Shown piece after piece: positions 39,172-53,139 of a stretch of 64,000 nucleotides of DNA. The position numbers and the translations under genes were made by a program. The DNA is taken from contig OZ024740.1 of the NCBI GenBank assembly GCA_964016885.1, forward strand, positions 86,242,001 to 86,306,000, written 5' to 3'. Each line of letters begins with the position of its first letter. Position 1 is the stretch's first letter. The DNA is from Eledone cirrhosa (Eukaryota). Below the pieces are notes generated by a model, which saw only the letters and a program-made list of their open reading frames with translations, made no database searches and was not told where the DNA came from.

Positions 39172-41094
39172 TAATGTCAGACTGGAACCGGCACCACCCC
39201 TAGCAATTAACATCAGTAGCTCACCTTACACCTCACATCCACACCCATTTGTATACTCTAAAGATAACACTGACAGCATTTTAGTACCACCTACCCTGGG
39301 AATACCCCCTTGTACCTCTAATTCTGATATCTCGACCGTGGACTACTTAATCTGCATTGCACAAATATAAGATTAGTATAAACCGGGGACACGGTACTGG
39401 TTGCGATAACACAGTCCTGTACATGGATTCCCACCAAGAGATAGATTGATGATTAGATAGATAATCGTATTGTTATGTGAATATATACTGTAAACGATCA
39501 GTTCAATGAATTATGCACAGGAGATGCATGAGTTAGGAGCCTCTGTGTTGCCTGGTGACCTGACCGGCACCTTTTGACGAGAGAACCGGCCACCGGACCA
39601 CCCTGGTGAATTTACCGTGGATGCAGTCATACCACGACCTGAATCTCGCCGGGAGTCATGTATGATAATAAGACCATTACTGATAGTGAGACCCATGTAA
39701 TTAAGTATGTAGTCTGACTCTTCTTATGGATTGGCCGGGTGTGGCACCCCATGTTGGATTGTGGTCATCATGATACGAACTCCTTTAGTACTTGTTACTG
39801 GACTCCACTCTAGCTTGTGGATGGGATACCCGATCTATATGTGGGATGTGAGTTTATGTATTGCTTGGTGGCCAGACAGGTGCCCTGGTATGAGAGATTT
39901 AATCTCCAGATTGTAATCATCTTGATGTGAACTCCTTTAGTACCTATTAATAGACTCCACTCTAACTTGTAGATGTGATACTTGATTGATTTATATATGA
40001 GATGGGGGTTGTCTATTCCTTGATGACCAGACTAGTGCCTTTATATGTGAAATTAGATCTCCGGACCATACCGAAGATTTACCGGAGATTCAGACATGCA
40101 ATGACCCGGAGCCTACCGGGGGGCATATATAATAGTGGGACCATACCAGGTCCTACTGTTATATTAAATTTGCATGGAACAGTGACTTGAGAGTCTGACT
40201 CCTCTTATAGAATGTTCAGATAGGACACCCCTTAATGTATGGTAATCATCTTAATATATACACCCTTGTACTTCTTAATGGACAACTCTCTAACCTATAA
40301 TTGGGAAACATACTCTAGAAATTAGTTATAACTTAATAAGATAGGCACGTATTTGAATCACCATTAATGTAGTTTAGGATAGTAATTTAACTAAGATAAC
40401 TAGCTAGTTACCTCCCCTTACGCATTAATTCCCCTTAGTCATTCAGACACTTCCGGAATCTGGACAGCATGATCTATTAATTAAGAACCGACTGGATACG
40501 GTTTATAACTTGATTATAAGCTGAACCATCGCGAATTATACGATAGACACGTGTTCTATATATTGCGGCTCATGGATTATGTGAGTGGTGGTGTGAGCGA
40601 AGACAGTGGTACGGCTTTGCCTACGATACAATAAGGTTTATAGTATGTTGAAAGTTTCTGATATTTTGGTGTTTCCCTGCATCCGAGACTGTATATCATA
40701 CAGATGTATGAGAATAAATGACTTAATAATTCAGCCCACATAATAAGATGGATTGCCTGCTTCAACTGCCTGACCCAGCAAATATCATTCTGACGCACTC
40801 TAATCATATATAAATAAGACACGCGTGCATGCTACACGTGAGATTGTTTCATGCACTGACTACTCAAAGCTTTCCTCTTGCTTTATCTTCATAGACTGCC
40901 AACGCTTCATGTTTATCTTTATTTTCATCCTTGCTTTTATTTTTATTTTTATTTTTATCCTGTAACCTTTACATGTAAATTGCCATGCTATATCATCTGA
41001 TGAGTGTCACCCCACTGTTGTTCAATATGCGCATATGTTTTATGTGTCTCTTGGGTTGAAAAGGAGGTCAAGTATGTTATAGATCAGTAAATAG

Positions 41095-41143
41095 TTGCTC
41101 CGAAGAATCCAAACCTCGGTTTGGAGGAAACAATTGTAAGCAA
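41095..41143 (+). ncRNA. Type I hammerhead, U4C variant (PLE 1 3' end)
   Basis: UUGCU/AGCAA, CCGAAGA, stem II UCCAAACC/GGUUUGGA, GAAA, ACAAUUGU, GUA. Confidence 0.7.
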
Positions 41144-41179
41144 ATAAATGACTTAAACTGAACTTTGATTATTGTAATA

Positions 41180-41223
<44 letters not shown>

Positions 41224-41233
41224 AAACGTAACA

Positions 41234-41283
<50 letters not shown>

Positions 41284-41392
41284 TGTTACGTTTTTCGAAA
41301 TATTTACTTCTGCGTTCACAGATTTATTATTTTAGTTTCAGAAGATCCCGTTAAGGGTGAAAGCAGTGATTCTTTGCTTAAACTTTAATCTG

Positions 41393-41481
<89 letters not shown>

Positions 41482-41604
41482 CAGGAGGTGAGTTTTATTG
41501 TAGCACAATAAAGCAATGCAAATATCGGATAAGTAGCACTCCACAGTTTATAGGACTGGAGTATAAATAATATAAGATCAAAAGATGGTTAAAAGAGTTC
41601 AAAG

Positions 41605-41675
41605 TATTTTATTATGCGCATTTCAAAAACAAATATCATCATGGGATGATATTTGCGTTCTCATCAGATAAAATA
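41605..41675 (-). ncRNA. Type I hammerhead in the inverted pLTR
   Basis: Reverse complement of 44528-44598. Confidence 0.85.
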
Positions 41676-44527
41676 GGGAGACATGATATGAAGCTTAAAA
41701 AACACTGGCGAGCAGTGAAGTGTTAAATCAACATATGCAAAATAAAGTAAGATGGATATATGAGATTGGGGGAAAAAAAGGAGTTGGGGGGGGGGTACGA
41801 AAAGGTAAGGAAGAGGAAGAAAGAAAATAAAGGATGACGGGGTAGGAGTATAAGAAGGAACGATGAAAGAGGAGGAGAAATGAGTAATAGAGAGAGAGAA
41901 ATAGCCTTTACAACAGAGAAAACATTGTCTCACAGAGAGAAATTAAAAAACCGTTGAAAGATAATAGATAATTTTAAAAGATTTTGAAATTAAAAGTTAA
42001 TGAGGTTTATTAATGGTGATGTTTATGAATAAAGAAAAAGGAATTAAGAATAGTATTTATTTAAGGTTTATATATTGAAGGGTTTAATAATATGTGCGAA
42101 AAAAACAATTTATTAATATGTATTATTAAAATAAAAATATTAAGGATATTAAGGATATAATGTGAAAGAAGGAGAGATTAAATGAATTAGGAACTTAGAG
42201 GAATTAGTTAGGGTTTAAGTTTGTTTTTATGTATTGTAATATGTAAAAGTAAATAATAGGTTTAATACGAGTCTTAAACTGTCACTTAGTTAACCTTAAT
42301 ATTATTAAGAACAATATACTTGATCTATTTAAGCACCATAACCTTAAAATTGAATTTGATAACAACGTCAAACTAGCTAACTTCCTGGATATATCCCTTA
42401 ATCTTGACACTGGCCTATATTAGACAATGAGAATCTAAATTATGTTAATTTTAAATCTAACCACCCCACTAACGTTTAAAATGCTATAGTCAGTAATATT
42501 GAAAAAAGAATCTCAAATCTATCCTCTAATAAAGTTATCTTCGACGCTAATGGCAATTACTATAATGATGCGCTTTCCAAAGCCGGTTATCCTGATAAAA
42601 TTAAATACAGTAAAGAAACCAAAACATTCCAATAACTTAAATAAAAGACCTAGATACAAAAATATGATTTGATATAATGCTCCTTTTTCTCTATCTATTA
42701 CTAGTAATATTCCTAAACTATTCTTTAGGGCCTTAGATAAATGCTTCCCTCCCTCGCATATCTATAGTAAGATCTTTAACAAACATACAATCAAATTCTC
42801 TTATTCCATCACTTCCAACATTTCTAACATTATCTCTAAACACAATAATAAAATATTAAATAATAAATTATATCCATCCAACACTGAGCGTCATAATAAT
42901 ATCAATAGTAAACCCGACGTCATGTTAACTCTAGGCTAGATTCAGAAAATTTAAATACGACGTCAAACGTAACTTCGTTGAATGTTCATAACACCAATCT
43001 AAATCAGGAAACTATAGTTCCTATCGTAAATAACTTCTCCAATCCAATTCCTTCTATAAATAATACTAGGTCACTTGTTAATAACTCTGTTAATTTCTCT
43101 AATCGTAATTGTAATTGCCCTGTTAGAACTAAATGTCCTCTTAATAATCAATGTCTTGATAAAAACTTAGTGTATGAATGTAAGGTTATAACTGGTACTA
43201 ATTCTTTTACCTATTTCGGTTCCACTTCCACTTCCTTTAAAGCAGGATTTTATAATCACAATTTGTCTTTTAAATACCAACTTAAAAGAACTAACACCGC
43301 ATTCTCGGAACTCACATGGTCCTTAAAAGACACAAATATCAACTATAACATCTCTTGGAGGAAGGTTTGCAACGCCTTTCCTTACCGGAATTCTCCCCTA
43401 CCCAGAACATGTAATCTCTGATTAGCCGAGAAATTTACCATTATATCAAATTTTAACTCTATAATAAATAGACGTACGGATTTATTTTCGCTCTGCTTGC
43501 ATAAATTCCATAGAACTTTCTATAAAGTATACAGCTAATATCTCAATACCTAATTAGTTTAAAATCTTCTTTTCTTAAATGCTTTTATATCTTTTACAAA
43601 TATACCCATCTTTCTACCTTATTTCAGTATATTATATTATATAATTTACTCATCCTATGTCGTTAGCGGTCCCCTATCTTTCTTCTTTTTATCCTTTTTC
43701 CTTTCTTCCTTTTTCTTTTTTAATTTCTAATCTTTAATCTGTAACTTTTACTTCCCAATTACTTCTTAATTCATATTATTACTCATTATAGCATTTTCCA
43801 TTTTTCCTTATATTCTTCGCCATACAAACTATATTTTTTTTAATATATAATAATATTACCATTAGTAAATTTTGTTAACATATATACTTTTAGACGTTAT
43901 ATACTTTTTCTTCCTTAAATGTTCTCCTTTCTTCTTTCCTTCCGTGCTCGTATTAAACCTATTATTTACTTTTACATATTACAATACATAAAAACAAACT
44001 TAAACCCTAACTAATTCTTCTAAGTTCATAATTAATTTAATCTCTCCTTCTTTCCTATTATATCCTTTATATCCTTAATATTTTTATTTTAATAATACTT
44101 ATTAATAAATTCGTTTTTTTCGCACATATTATTAAACCCTTCAATATATAAACCTTCAATAAATACTATTCTTAATTCCTTTTTCTTTATTCATAAACAT
44201 CACCATTCATAAAACTCATTAACTTTCAATTTCAAAATCTTTTAAAATTATCTATTATCTTTCAACGGTTTTTTAATTTCTCTCTGTGAGACAATGTTTT
44301 CTCTGTTGTAAAGGCTATTTCTCTCTCTCTATCACTCATTTCTCCTCCTCTTTCATCGTTCGTTCCTATACTCCTCCCCCGTCATCCTTTATTTTCTTTC
44401 GTCCTCTTCCTTACCCCCTCCTTTTATTTTTTTTCCCTAATCTCATATATCGATCTTACTTTATTTTTCATATGTTGATTTAACACTTCACTGCTCGCCA
44501 GTGATTTTTAAGCTTCATATGTCTCCC

Positions 44528-44598
44528 TATTTTATCTGATGAGAACGCAAATATCATCCCATAATGATATTTGTTTTTGAAATGCGCATAATAAAATA
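44528..44598 (+). ncRNA. Type I hammerhead (PLE 2 pLTR)
   Basis: UAUUUUAU/AUAAAAUA, CUGAUGA, long stem II CAAAUAUCAU/AUGAUAUUUG, GAAA, palindrome AUGCGCAU, AUA cleavage after 44590. Confidence 0.87.
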
Positions 44599-44626
44599 CT
44601 TGGAACTCTTTTAACCATCTTTTGAT

Positions 44627-44670
<44 letters not shown>

Positions 44671-44698
44671 ATCAAAAGATGGTTAAAAGAGTTCCAAG

Positions 44699-44757
44699 TA
44701 TTTTATTATGCGCATTTCAAAAACAAATATCATTATGGGTTTGCGTTCTCATCAGAT

Positions 44758-44763
<6 letters not shown>
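44699..44763 (-). ncRNA. Hammerhead in a short tail-to-tail pLTR copy (44668-44763)
   Basis: Inverted copy of the PLE 2 end with a small stem II deletion, between two (TA)n runs. Confidence 0.75.
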
Positions 44764-44855
<92 letters not shown>

Positions 44856-45591
44856 TATATTCGTGTACAGATATTTTTGCATACACATATAAACAAAAGT
44901 ATTTATTTCACGATAAAGTATTGATTTTCTCCGAACGGCAAAAAACACTGGTAATATACGACGAATTTTTTTTATAAGCACAAAATGTAGACACTAACCC
45001 GAGGCCAAGGTATTCCGTACTTCTCTGTAGTGTTATTTATATATTCGTGTACAGATATTTTTGCATACACAATAACAAAATATAAACAAACGCATTTACT
45101 TCACGAGGCTCGAGAAGGATAAATATATATCAAATTTATAAGAACCCTAGAGCAAATCCCGAGCAACGCAGGGCCATTCTGCTAGTAGTTACTATAACAG
45201 CTCATTTCTGTAAGAATATATGGCATTATTTTTTTATATTTTAAATTCTTGTAAAGTCTTTTCCCAACCAATATTCCTGATATTTTATCTGGTTTCTCTT
45301 TTACAGTATATATAAACAGCAAAATCTTCATATGATACACCTCACATTGCAGATCCAACGATGAAAGCTTCGTGTGCCAATATATATTTTTTAAGGATTG
45401 ACTACTAGAAACAGGATCGAATCTGGAGAAGATGGAAATTATATTCTGCACATATTTCACTATGTAGCTTGAATTTATTTTCAAGTGTCTCTTCAATTTA
45501 GCTAACTTTATATATTATTACTTATTAGTCAGATTCGATTCTCCGAACAAGCCGTAAATAAAGGAATCTAATCTGTATATCATTATGTAAA

Positions 45592-45640
45592 AATGCACTG
45601 GGATAATTGCTGGCCTTGTGCCAAAAGTAGAAATAATTAT
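45592..45640 (+). mobile_element. SINE 3' fragment with 16-bp TSD
   Basis: ATTATGTAAAAATGCA at 45582-45597 and 45636-45651. Confidence 0.85.
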
Positions 45641-45945
45641 GTAAAAATGCATATTTAAAACGTTTTCATGTGTTGTAATAAGATGTGCTCTTGGGTAATC
45701 CTCGATACCATTTCAGCATGATTTAGACGTTTTAAACATCACTTCATTTTTCGATTGTTAATTGCAGACATTTCATTTACAAGCACAGCAACCACAACAA
45801 ACTCTAAACAATAAATATTCAGAAGAAAGTCGTAGAAGGAAAACTGCTCCTAAATTCTTCCGAATGTCAGTTATCTTTATGTGTTAAAATGATATCAATT
45901 TACGGTATTTCAGAATACGTATAATTATTCTTCGAATAATCAAAA

Positions 45946-46044
<99 letters not shown>

Positions 46045-46877
46045 GGTGATGGTGATGATGATGATTGCTACATCAAATCAAATGATAGCCGTTTCAACAT
46101 CACCTCAATCATTCCTGCAGGTCTACGTCCTCCTATGTGCACAGAAGTCAGTTCTGCAACAAAGGACAAAATAAGGCCCCACCCCAAGTCCTGACAACGT
46201 TCTAGTATAGGTGACATTAGCACAGATGATTGGGGAACAGTGACTATTCCCCGCCTATAATACATCTCCTGGTGCGCACATTTGTGTAACATTCAAATAG
46301 CTGCCTATATAATGCCAAGAATTCAAAGTCCCGGCTGCATCGGTGAGACACATAGATTGACAGATGAAAAGATGGCAAATGAAACGTCTGTACATCATGG
46401 ATTATACTGACAAACGCTTGTACAACACGAATGCTGCTCTTTAATTCTCAGTGATTATTATCTGTTGACAAGCTTAATTGAGATAATCAGTAATCACGTA
46501 AACTGCATGTTTCTCTTCAGGTTTTACCTCTCTTAGAAGAACGCTGTAACAACAACTCGAAGTCCTTCACTTCCAGTCAACTTACTCCTCGCTCTGACAT
46601 CAAATACCGGGGTTTTGGGATTCCCGTACGCAGATGGGTTGCCATAATTATGACTAAGGAGTCCAATCTACCTCGGTCTTAAAATCAAAGAGAGCCTTCT
46701 CCTAGTCAGATTACAACCCATGGCTAACGAGTATTCTCTATGTGGAGTAACTCACATTTAAGTGGCTTATGAATACCTTGCATTTATATTAACTTAACCG
46801 TGTGTTGAAGCTGTTAATATAAATTCAAAAGTTCATAACACTCTCAAGGGCTTAAACTTATATTTTCAAGTAATATA

Positions 46878-46930
<53 letters not shown>

Positions 46931-46940
46931 CATATACATA

Positions 46941-47310
<370 letters not shown>

Positions 47311-48824
47311 CATATATGGTCAAAGTGATTGTCAAAAGTTAGTAGTAATTCTGTGATTGCAAATTAGTAGGGGAGATGGTGGCTAAACCTGCCAGTAGGA
47401 GAAAAAGGGGAGGGGGTGGAGTAGACCCAATCATGCGTTGGTAGTGCCAGCTACAGCTGGGCATGAGGTCAAAGAAGATACTGGGGAGGGGGAGGGGGAG
47501 GAAGTCGAAACGGTAGGTAGAACAATAAGGGGTAAAAAATATATATATGAAAGAAAAAATACTGAGAGTGATGAAAAGCGAATAAGTGTAAAAATAAAAA
47601 TAAACGTAAACGTAAAAATGAACATAAGAATAAACAATAAGATGGACAAGTGGTGGAAGGGTGTGAGGCGTGTAGGGTGATGGCGGGTGGAGTTGGGAGA
47701 GGGAGGCGGGGGTCGAAGCGAGGAAGGCTGAAGGTGGTGTTTGTGTATGTGTGTAGGTGTACGTGAGTGTGTGTGCGTGTGTATGTGAGAGTTTGAGGAA
47801 GAACGAGGTTCCATGTTCAGGAAAAGGTGTGTGCGTGGGTGTGGAAGGAGAGGGGTCTGGGGGTGGAGGAGATAGTGTGTGGATTCCGGAGGTTGTTTAT
47901 ATGTTGGGGTACCCACGTATGTATTTGTGTTTATATGTGGTGTAGATGTGGGTGGCGTGGTGCGAAAAGAAATGTGTGAGTGTATGTTCATGGGTAAGGT
48001 CCTGAGGTAGTTCCGTCAGATGTGTGGAGAGTTGCTGGATATTTTTCAAGAATGTAGTGGATGGCTGGAGAGATGACCGAAGGTGTAGAATCCAATGTTG
48101 GTGGTGGTAGGAAGTGGAGGAAAGTGGGTGCGCGCGCAACAGGAAGTGGTCAGAGGGTCAAGACAGGGTGTAGAGATGGCAGTAGAGTGGCATGACAGGT
48201 GGAGTGAGGTGAGGAATGTGTGTGTATCTGTGTGTGCGAAGGTGCGGTGGACAGGGGAGAGGATGGGTAGGTGTGAAGGGTGGAGGGGGAAGGTGGTGAA
48301 GTGGGGCGATGGGGTGTATATTAGTAGAGGTGTTAGTGGGATGTGTGTGCGTGAAGGGATGTGGGTGGAGCGGGGAGAGATAGAGAGAGAGGGGGAGAGA
48401 AGAGGTGTTGGGGACGGAGGAGGGAGTGTAGTGTACTGGTGTATGCGTGCGTGTTTGGATGAGTGTGTGTGTGGTAAGGAGGGTGTTAGTATTATATGTG
48501 TTGGGGAAAGGGTGGAAAGCGGGTGTGTTAGTAGGGGTTAGTGGTGGTTGGGTGTGTGGAGTGGGTGGTGTACATAGGTGTGGGTGGGTGGGTGTGTGAT
48601 GGTGTGTGTTCGTGTGCGTGGGGTCGGGGGGAGGTTAGTGATGTTAGTTATAGGGTGGTCGGAGTGGATGTGTGGGTGAAGGTTAGTGGTGGTAGTAGGG
48701 TGGGTGGATGGTGTGAGTGCGTGTATATATGTTAAGGTGGATGTGGGCGAGTTAGAGGGAGGGGTGCGGATGTTAGTATAGTTAGTTGTGGGATGGGCCA
48801 AGGGGGTGGTGGTGAAAGAGGAAG

Positions 48825-51065
48825 TGTGTTAAAGGTGAAGGGTTCTGTCTCAATATCCAGTTCTTCAAACAGCCGCCTGATCTCCCCAGTGCTCTGGGCT
48901 GTGGAGGGTGGCTCTTCTAGTAGGGTCCTAAAATGGTCTAGCCATTGCCTCTTCCTATCCTCGGGCCCTGTTCCCTGGATCTGACTCGAACACCTTCTCT
49001 TTCTCCCTGTGATCTCGTTGATGATCATTCAGCTCTCCTTACATCCAGACCTGTCAACCGCTCTCTCCACACTTCTGATCTTCTCTATCAGTGCCTCCTC
49101 TCTGGCCTCAGTGTAAAAAGGTACAGAGTTCTTCCCTCATCACCTCCACAGTCTCCATCCTCTCCTCCGTAGGATCAGCATAGAATTGGTCCTTGGCAGC
49201 GTTCAGGTGTTCTCTGGCTGCACACACTTTTGGGTCTACAGAGCTGACGTGCTTTCTTTTGTTTTTTCTCCTCGGCACCAGGTTCTCACTTACTTCCGCC
49301 ACTGCATTGGTGAAGTGCCCGTACCTCCTCGTCACACTCTCCTCAGTCCATCCAATCTCTCTCTCTTCTGTCTCTCCACACAGAGCATTGAACCTGTTCC
49401 TCACTTCCACTGTGAACCTCTCCTGTAGCTTATCATCTTCCTTGAAAGCTCCCCAGTCATAGATTGCTCTCTGGGGCTGAGCCTTGCTCTTTCTTAAGCT
49501 CACCCTGACCTCACTCATAACAAGCCGCTGGTCACTACCCAGTGTACTTAAATAGTTGTATGGTTCTGTGTTCAGAACACTATTCCGCCACTTTTTCCTC
49601 ACCAGAATGAAATCAATCTGGGACTTGGACTCGTGCATATCTGAGATGTAGGTCCACAGCTTCCCCGGATTCTTCCTAAACCTTAGGTTGGTCGCTATCA
49701 AGTTCGCCTCCAGCAGGGTGTCTCTCAGTAGTCTCCCATTTCGGTTGGTGTTGCTATGGAAGTACCAGCAAGGATCTTCCATGCCCTCCTTACTCAGATG
49801 TGCATTGAAGTCCCCCAAAACAAGCAGGATGTTGTGTGCTTGTGTGTTGTTGACAGCTCTAAACACCTCCTCATGGAACTCTTCCGCACTCACAACACTG
49901 TCTCCCTCGGTTGGACTATAGGTTGAGATGACTGTCAGTCTTGGGTTTCCATTGAAGGTCACCCTCAACACTCGCGGGGAGAAAGTGTCTTCCTGCGGTC
50001 ATGGTTTTCATTGACTTTAGGAAGGCCTTTGATTCTGTGGATCGTCACTGCCTGATGAAGATCTTACAGGCTTATGGAATCCCCAAAAAGATAGTGGACC
50101 TGATATCACTGCTCTACACCAACACCAAAGTCCAAATCATTACACCTGATGGGATGACAGATTTCTTTGAGATACTGGTTGGAGTACTCCAGGGAGATAC
50201 ATTGGCTCCCTAGCTTCTTATCATCGTAGTGGACTATTGTATGCGCCTTGCACTGGAGAAACACCAGGACTCTGGCTTTACTGTAGCACCGGCTCAGAGT
50301 AGGAGAGTTAAGGCGAAAAAGTTATCAGATGCTGAATTTGCTGACGACATAGTGTTGCTGACGAATACAGTGAAGGATGCAGAGGATTTGATGTAGGAGG
50401 TTGAGACTGTGTCGATGAGTGTGGGGCTGAGAATGAATGAAACTAAAACAAATTATCTGGTAGAGAATGTTGAGAAGCCAGAAGGGATCACTCACTAATG
50501 TAGGCGGCAAGCCGCTAGAATTGGTTGAGGACTTCCTGTATTTGGGAGCAAAGATTGGGAATACGGAAGATGATGTGGTTGGGAAGAAGAGCAAAGCCTG
50601 GGCGGCGTGCCACAGCTTGAGTCGGACCTTCGTAAAGACCTGAAAATCCGCCTCTTCATTGCTGTAGTGGAGTCTGTGCTGTACGGGTCTGAGACTTGGA
50701 CACTGACCAAGAAACTCACCCAGATGGCGAGTAGGTGCTACACGAGAATGCTGAGGATGGCTCTGAACATTAATCAGTATACACTGAGGATGAAAAACTC
50801 AGACTTGTATGGGAGCCTCCCAAAAGTCAGTTCAAAAGTGACACAGAGGAGACTGAGGTTAGCTGGACATGCTAACTGACATCCAGAGATGACATTGCGC
50901 TCAGTGCTCCTGTGGGAGCCCCTACATGGATACACTGGAAGAGGAAGACCAAGGTTAACGTATGTTGATGTCCTGTTGGAGACGCAGGACATGGCAGCGA
51001 TAATGAGGGACAGAGACCGCTGGAGAGAACTCATCCATGGATCTCGGGAATTTTACCCGCCCTAG
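48825..51065 (+). mobile_element. RTE LINE with inverted 5' (APE) segment
   Basis: About 49983-48825 (-): STYSPT, LGDFNA, SQIDFIL, GSDQ. About 49990-51065 (+): FIDFRKAFDSV, GVLQGDTLAP, EFADD, LYGSETW, LRLAGH. Ends next to (TA)n. Confidence 0.9.
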
Positions 51066-51073
51066 AAAAAAGA

Positions 51074-51305
<232 letters not shown>

Positions 51306-51477
51306 GATTCTTTGTAATTTTATTTTTTATTTTTTTATTTTATTTTCAACCAAAAAACTTTCCTGACTTTCGCAGTTATCTCCCTTACATCCCCCGCACG
51401 CAGTCTAGTATTGCCTGTGTGAAGTGACCGAGTTTCTGCGCATGCGCGTTCGTACGGTTGTCCTTCCTGTTCCTATA

Positions 51478-51535
51478 ACCATACACATCCCGAGCTGAAG
51501 ATCCGCGAAGGTGAAACAATTGTACTCGGTATGGT
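51478..51535 (+). ncRNA. Type I hammerhead with extended stem I
   Basis: ACCAUA..CCGAG / CUCGG-UAUGGU, CUGAAGA, short stem II CC-gcgaa-GG, GAAA, ACAAUUGU, GUA cleavage after 51524. Confidence 0.87.
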
Positions 51536-51626
51536 GAACTAACTGTTGTGTAACCACTTCTACCTAACGCATCTCTTGGACTGAGTGCTCTACCACTACG
51601 GATATTACCTTCCAGTGTTCCACCAC

Positions 51627-51657
<31 letters not shown>

Positions 51658-51703
51658 AAAATAACAGGAGGCTGGATTTGTGTAAATCCTTGAAATGTTT
51701 ATT

Positions 51704-51761
51704 ATACTATGATCATTTCAATGACCGGGTTCCGTATGAATCCGGTGATATCATCAGGTAT
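51704..51761 (-). ncRNA. Type I hammerhead near the 3' end of a minus-strand repeat (about 51650-52660)
   Basis: AUAC/GUAU, CUGAUGA, stem II ACCGG..CCGGU, GAAA, palindrome AUGAUCAU, AUA site. Confidence 0.8.
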
Positions 51762-53032
51762 TCGAGATATAATAAATGAATGTAACAGATAAAATCCATG
51801 GGGCTCAAAATCATAGACCCGAGGACGACCGACCTTCTAGTATCTTCCTCTTTAGCCGGTCGCCCTCAAGTGATGGCTATTCGGTCTACTTAAGGCTATC
51901 CGGTGAGGGCGTGAAAGCTTATAATGTGCTACTAACCTCCCGGTCAAAGAGAAAAAAAGACAGAAAGAAAGAGGAAAAGTCAGCGTTAATGTCATGCTAC
52001 AATCAGGCTAGGAATTGCCGCGAAAAATGTTATTCTAAAGAACCTATATCTTAACAGAGGTATATATTATAACAGAGGTATATATTGTGGGCGTCAGCAT
52101 GGTATAATGTGTGAACAGAAAATTGAAACGTTATATTTTTGTTTAGATTTATAGGATGAAATTTAAAAAAATTAAATTAAAGATTAAAATTATAAAATTA
52201 AAAAAAATTAGAAAATTAAAAATTAAACAGTTTAAAAAACAGTTTAAAAAACTGGGTTGCGAGATTTACTTAAAGAATTTACAGAGAGAGTCTTTTATGA
52301 AAAAATGTTAAGTGTATTATAGAGATCCTCGATAAGTTTTCAGGGTGGGATATAGAGTCCTTGTTTAGCAGTCAAACAGCACGCGACGACTGCAGACTCC
52401 GGCCAGCCCATCCTAACCACGTGTCAGCCATTCCGAGTGAAACCGTCTAGCGAGAGATATGGAAATCAATTTTTCCGAGCACTCGAGGAATGTAACTGTT
52501 CTAGGCTTCGGGTGTGCTATTGGGAAGTCAACCATTGTCGTTAGGCCATCGTTTTACCAAACGAGTACTATTAATTAACACAGGAGGGGGATTTGTTTAA
52601 GTGCCAGTAGAGGGAGGCATGATACAGCTAATAGTTATGATTAGGCCTAGAATTTAAAGGTACTATATATATATATAATTATATATATATACATAGTACG
52701 TGTATATATATATATATACATATACAAGTACGTGTGGTATCGCCATCGGCGATACCACACGTACTTTAGCTAACATTAAATTATATTTCATTGTAACCCT
52801 TACACGGAAAATGTGTCACTGCGTATTGAGTTTAGAAGACAATATATTTACCCAGCATCAACCTTGCATAAACTTAGTTGATGAATATTTCATTAGAAGA
52901 AGCTAATGCAAGAACCTAAGAACTAAGTTTAAAAACCTATTGATTTCTTCCGTGGATCTCTGTCTATTGTCTTGGCTCTCATCCAATGCAAGATACGTAT
53001 GAAAGATTTCTCCCCCCCCCCCCCTCTCTCTC

Positions 53033-53129
<97 letters not shown>

Positions 53130-53139
53130 CTTCTTGAGT

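Larger units (their letters stand above)
36481..41180 (+). mobile_element. Penelope-like element 1 (C-terminal GIY-YIG, Hydra-type), flanked by (TA)n
   Basis: RT + GIY-YIG ORF, about 2 kb of 3' region, and a hammerhead near the 3' end. Confidence 0.88.
41572..44630 (+). mobile_element. Penelope-like element 2, 5'-truncated, with inverted 5' pLTR
   Basis: 41572-42272 is the reverse complement of about 43946-44630. Degenerate thumb (NFLDISL, SNHP) and GIY-YIG (CNCPVRTKCPL, LVY..YFGST) at about 42275-43537. Confidence 0.88.
36096..45185 (+). mobile_element. Probable non-autonomous Helitron shell containing nested PLEs
   Basis: 5' A|TCTATATTATTAAAA..GTCTGTCTGTC at 36096. 3' hairpin CCCGAGCAACGCAGGG (45158-45173) then CTAG|T at 45185. 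That the two ends belong to one element is inferred. Confidence 0.55.

Noticed and set aside
40988-41082. Second hammerhead at CTGATGA about 40997
   Set aside because: Stem I is plausible but stems II/III and the cleavage triplet do not fold canonically; at best a relic.
45182-45496. 104-aa minus ORF
   Set aside because: No recognisable motif or supported splice structure.
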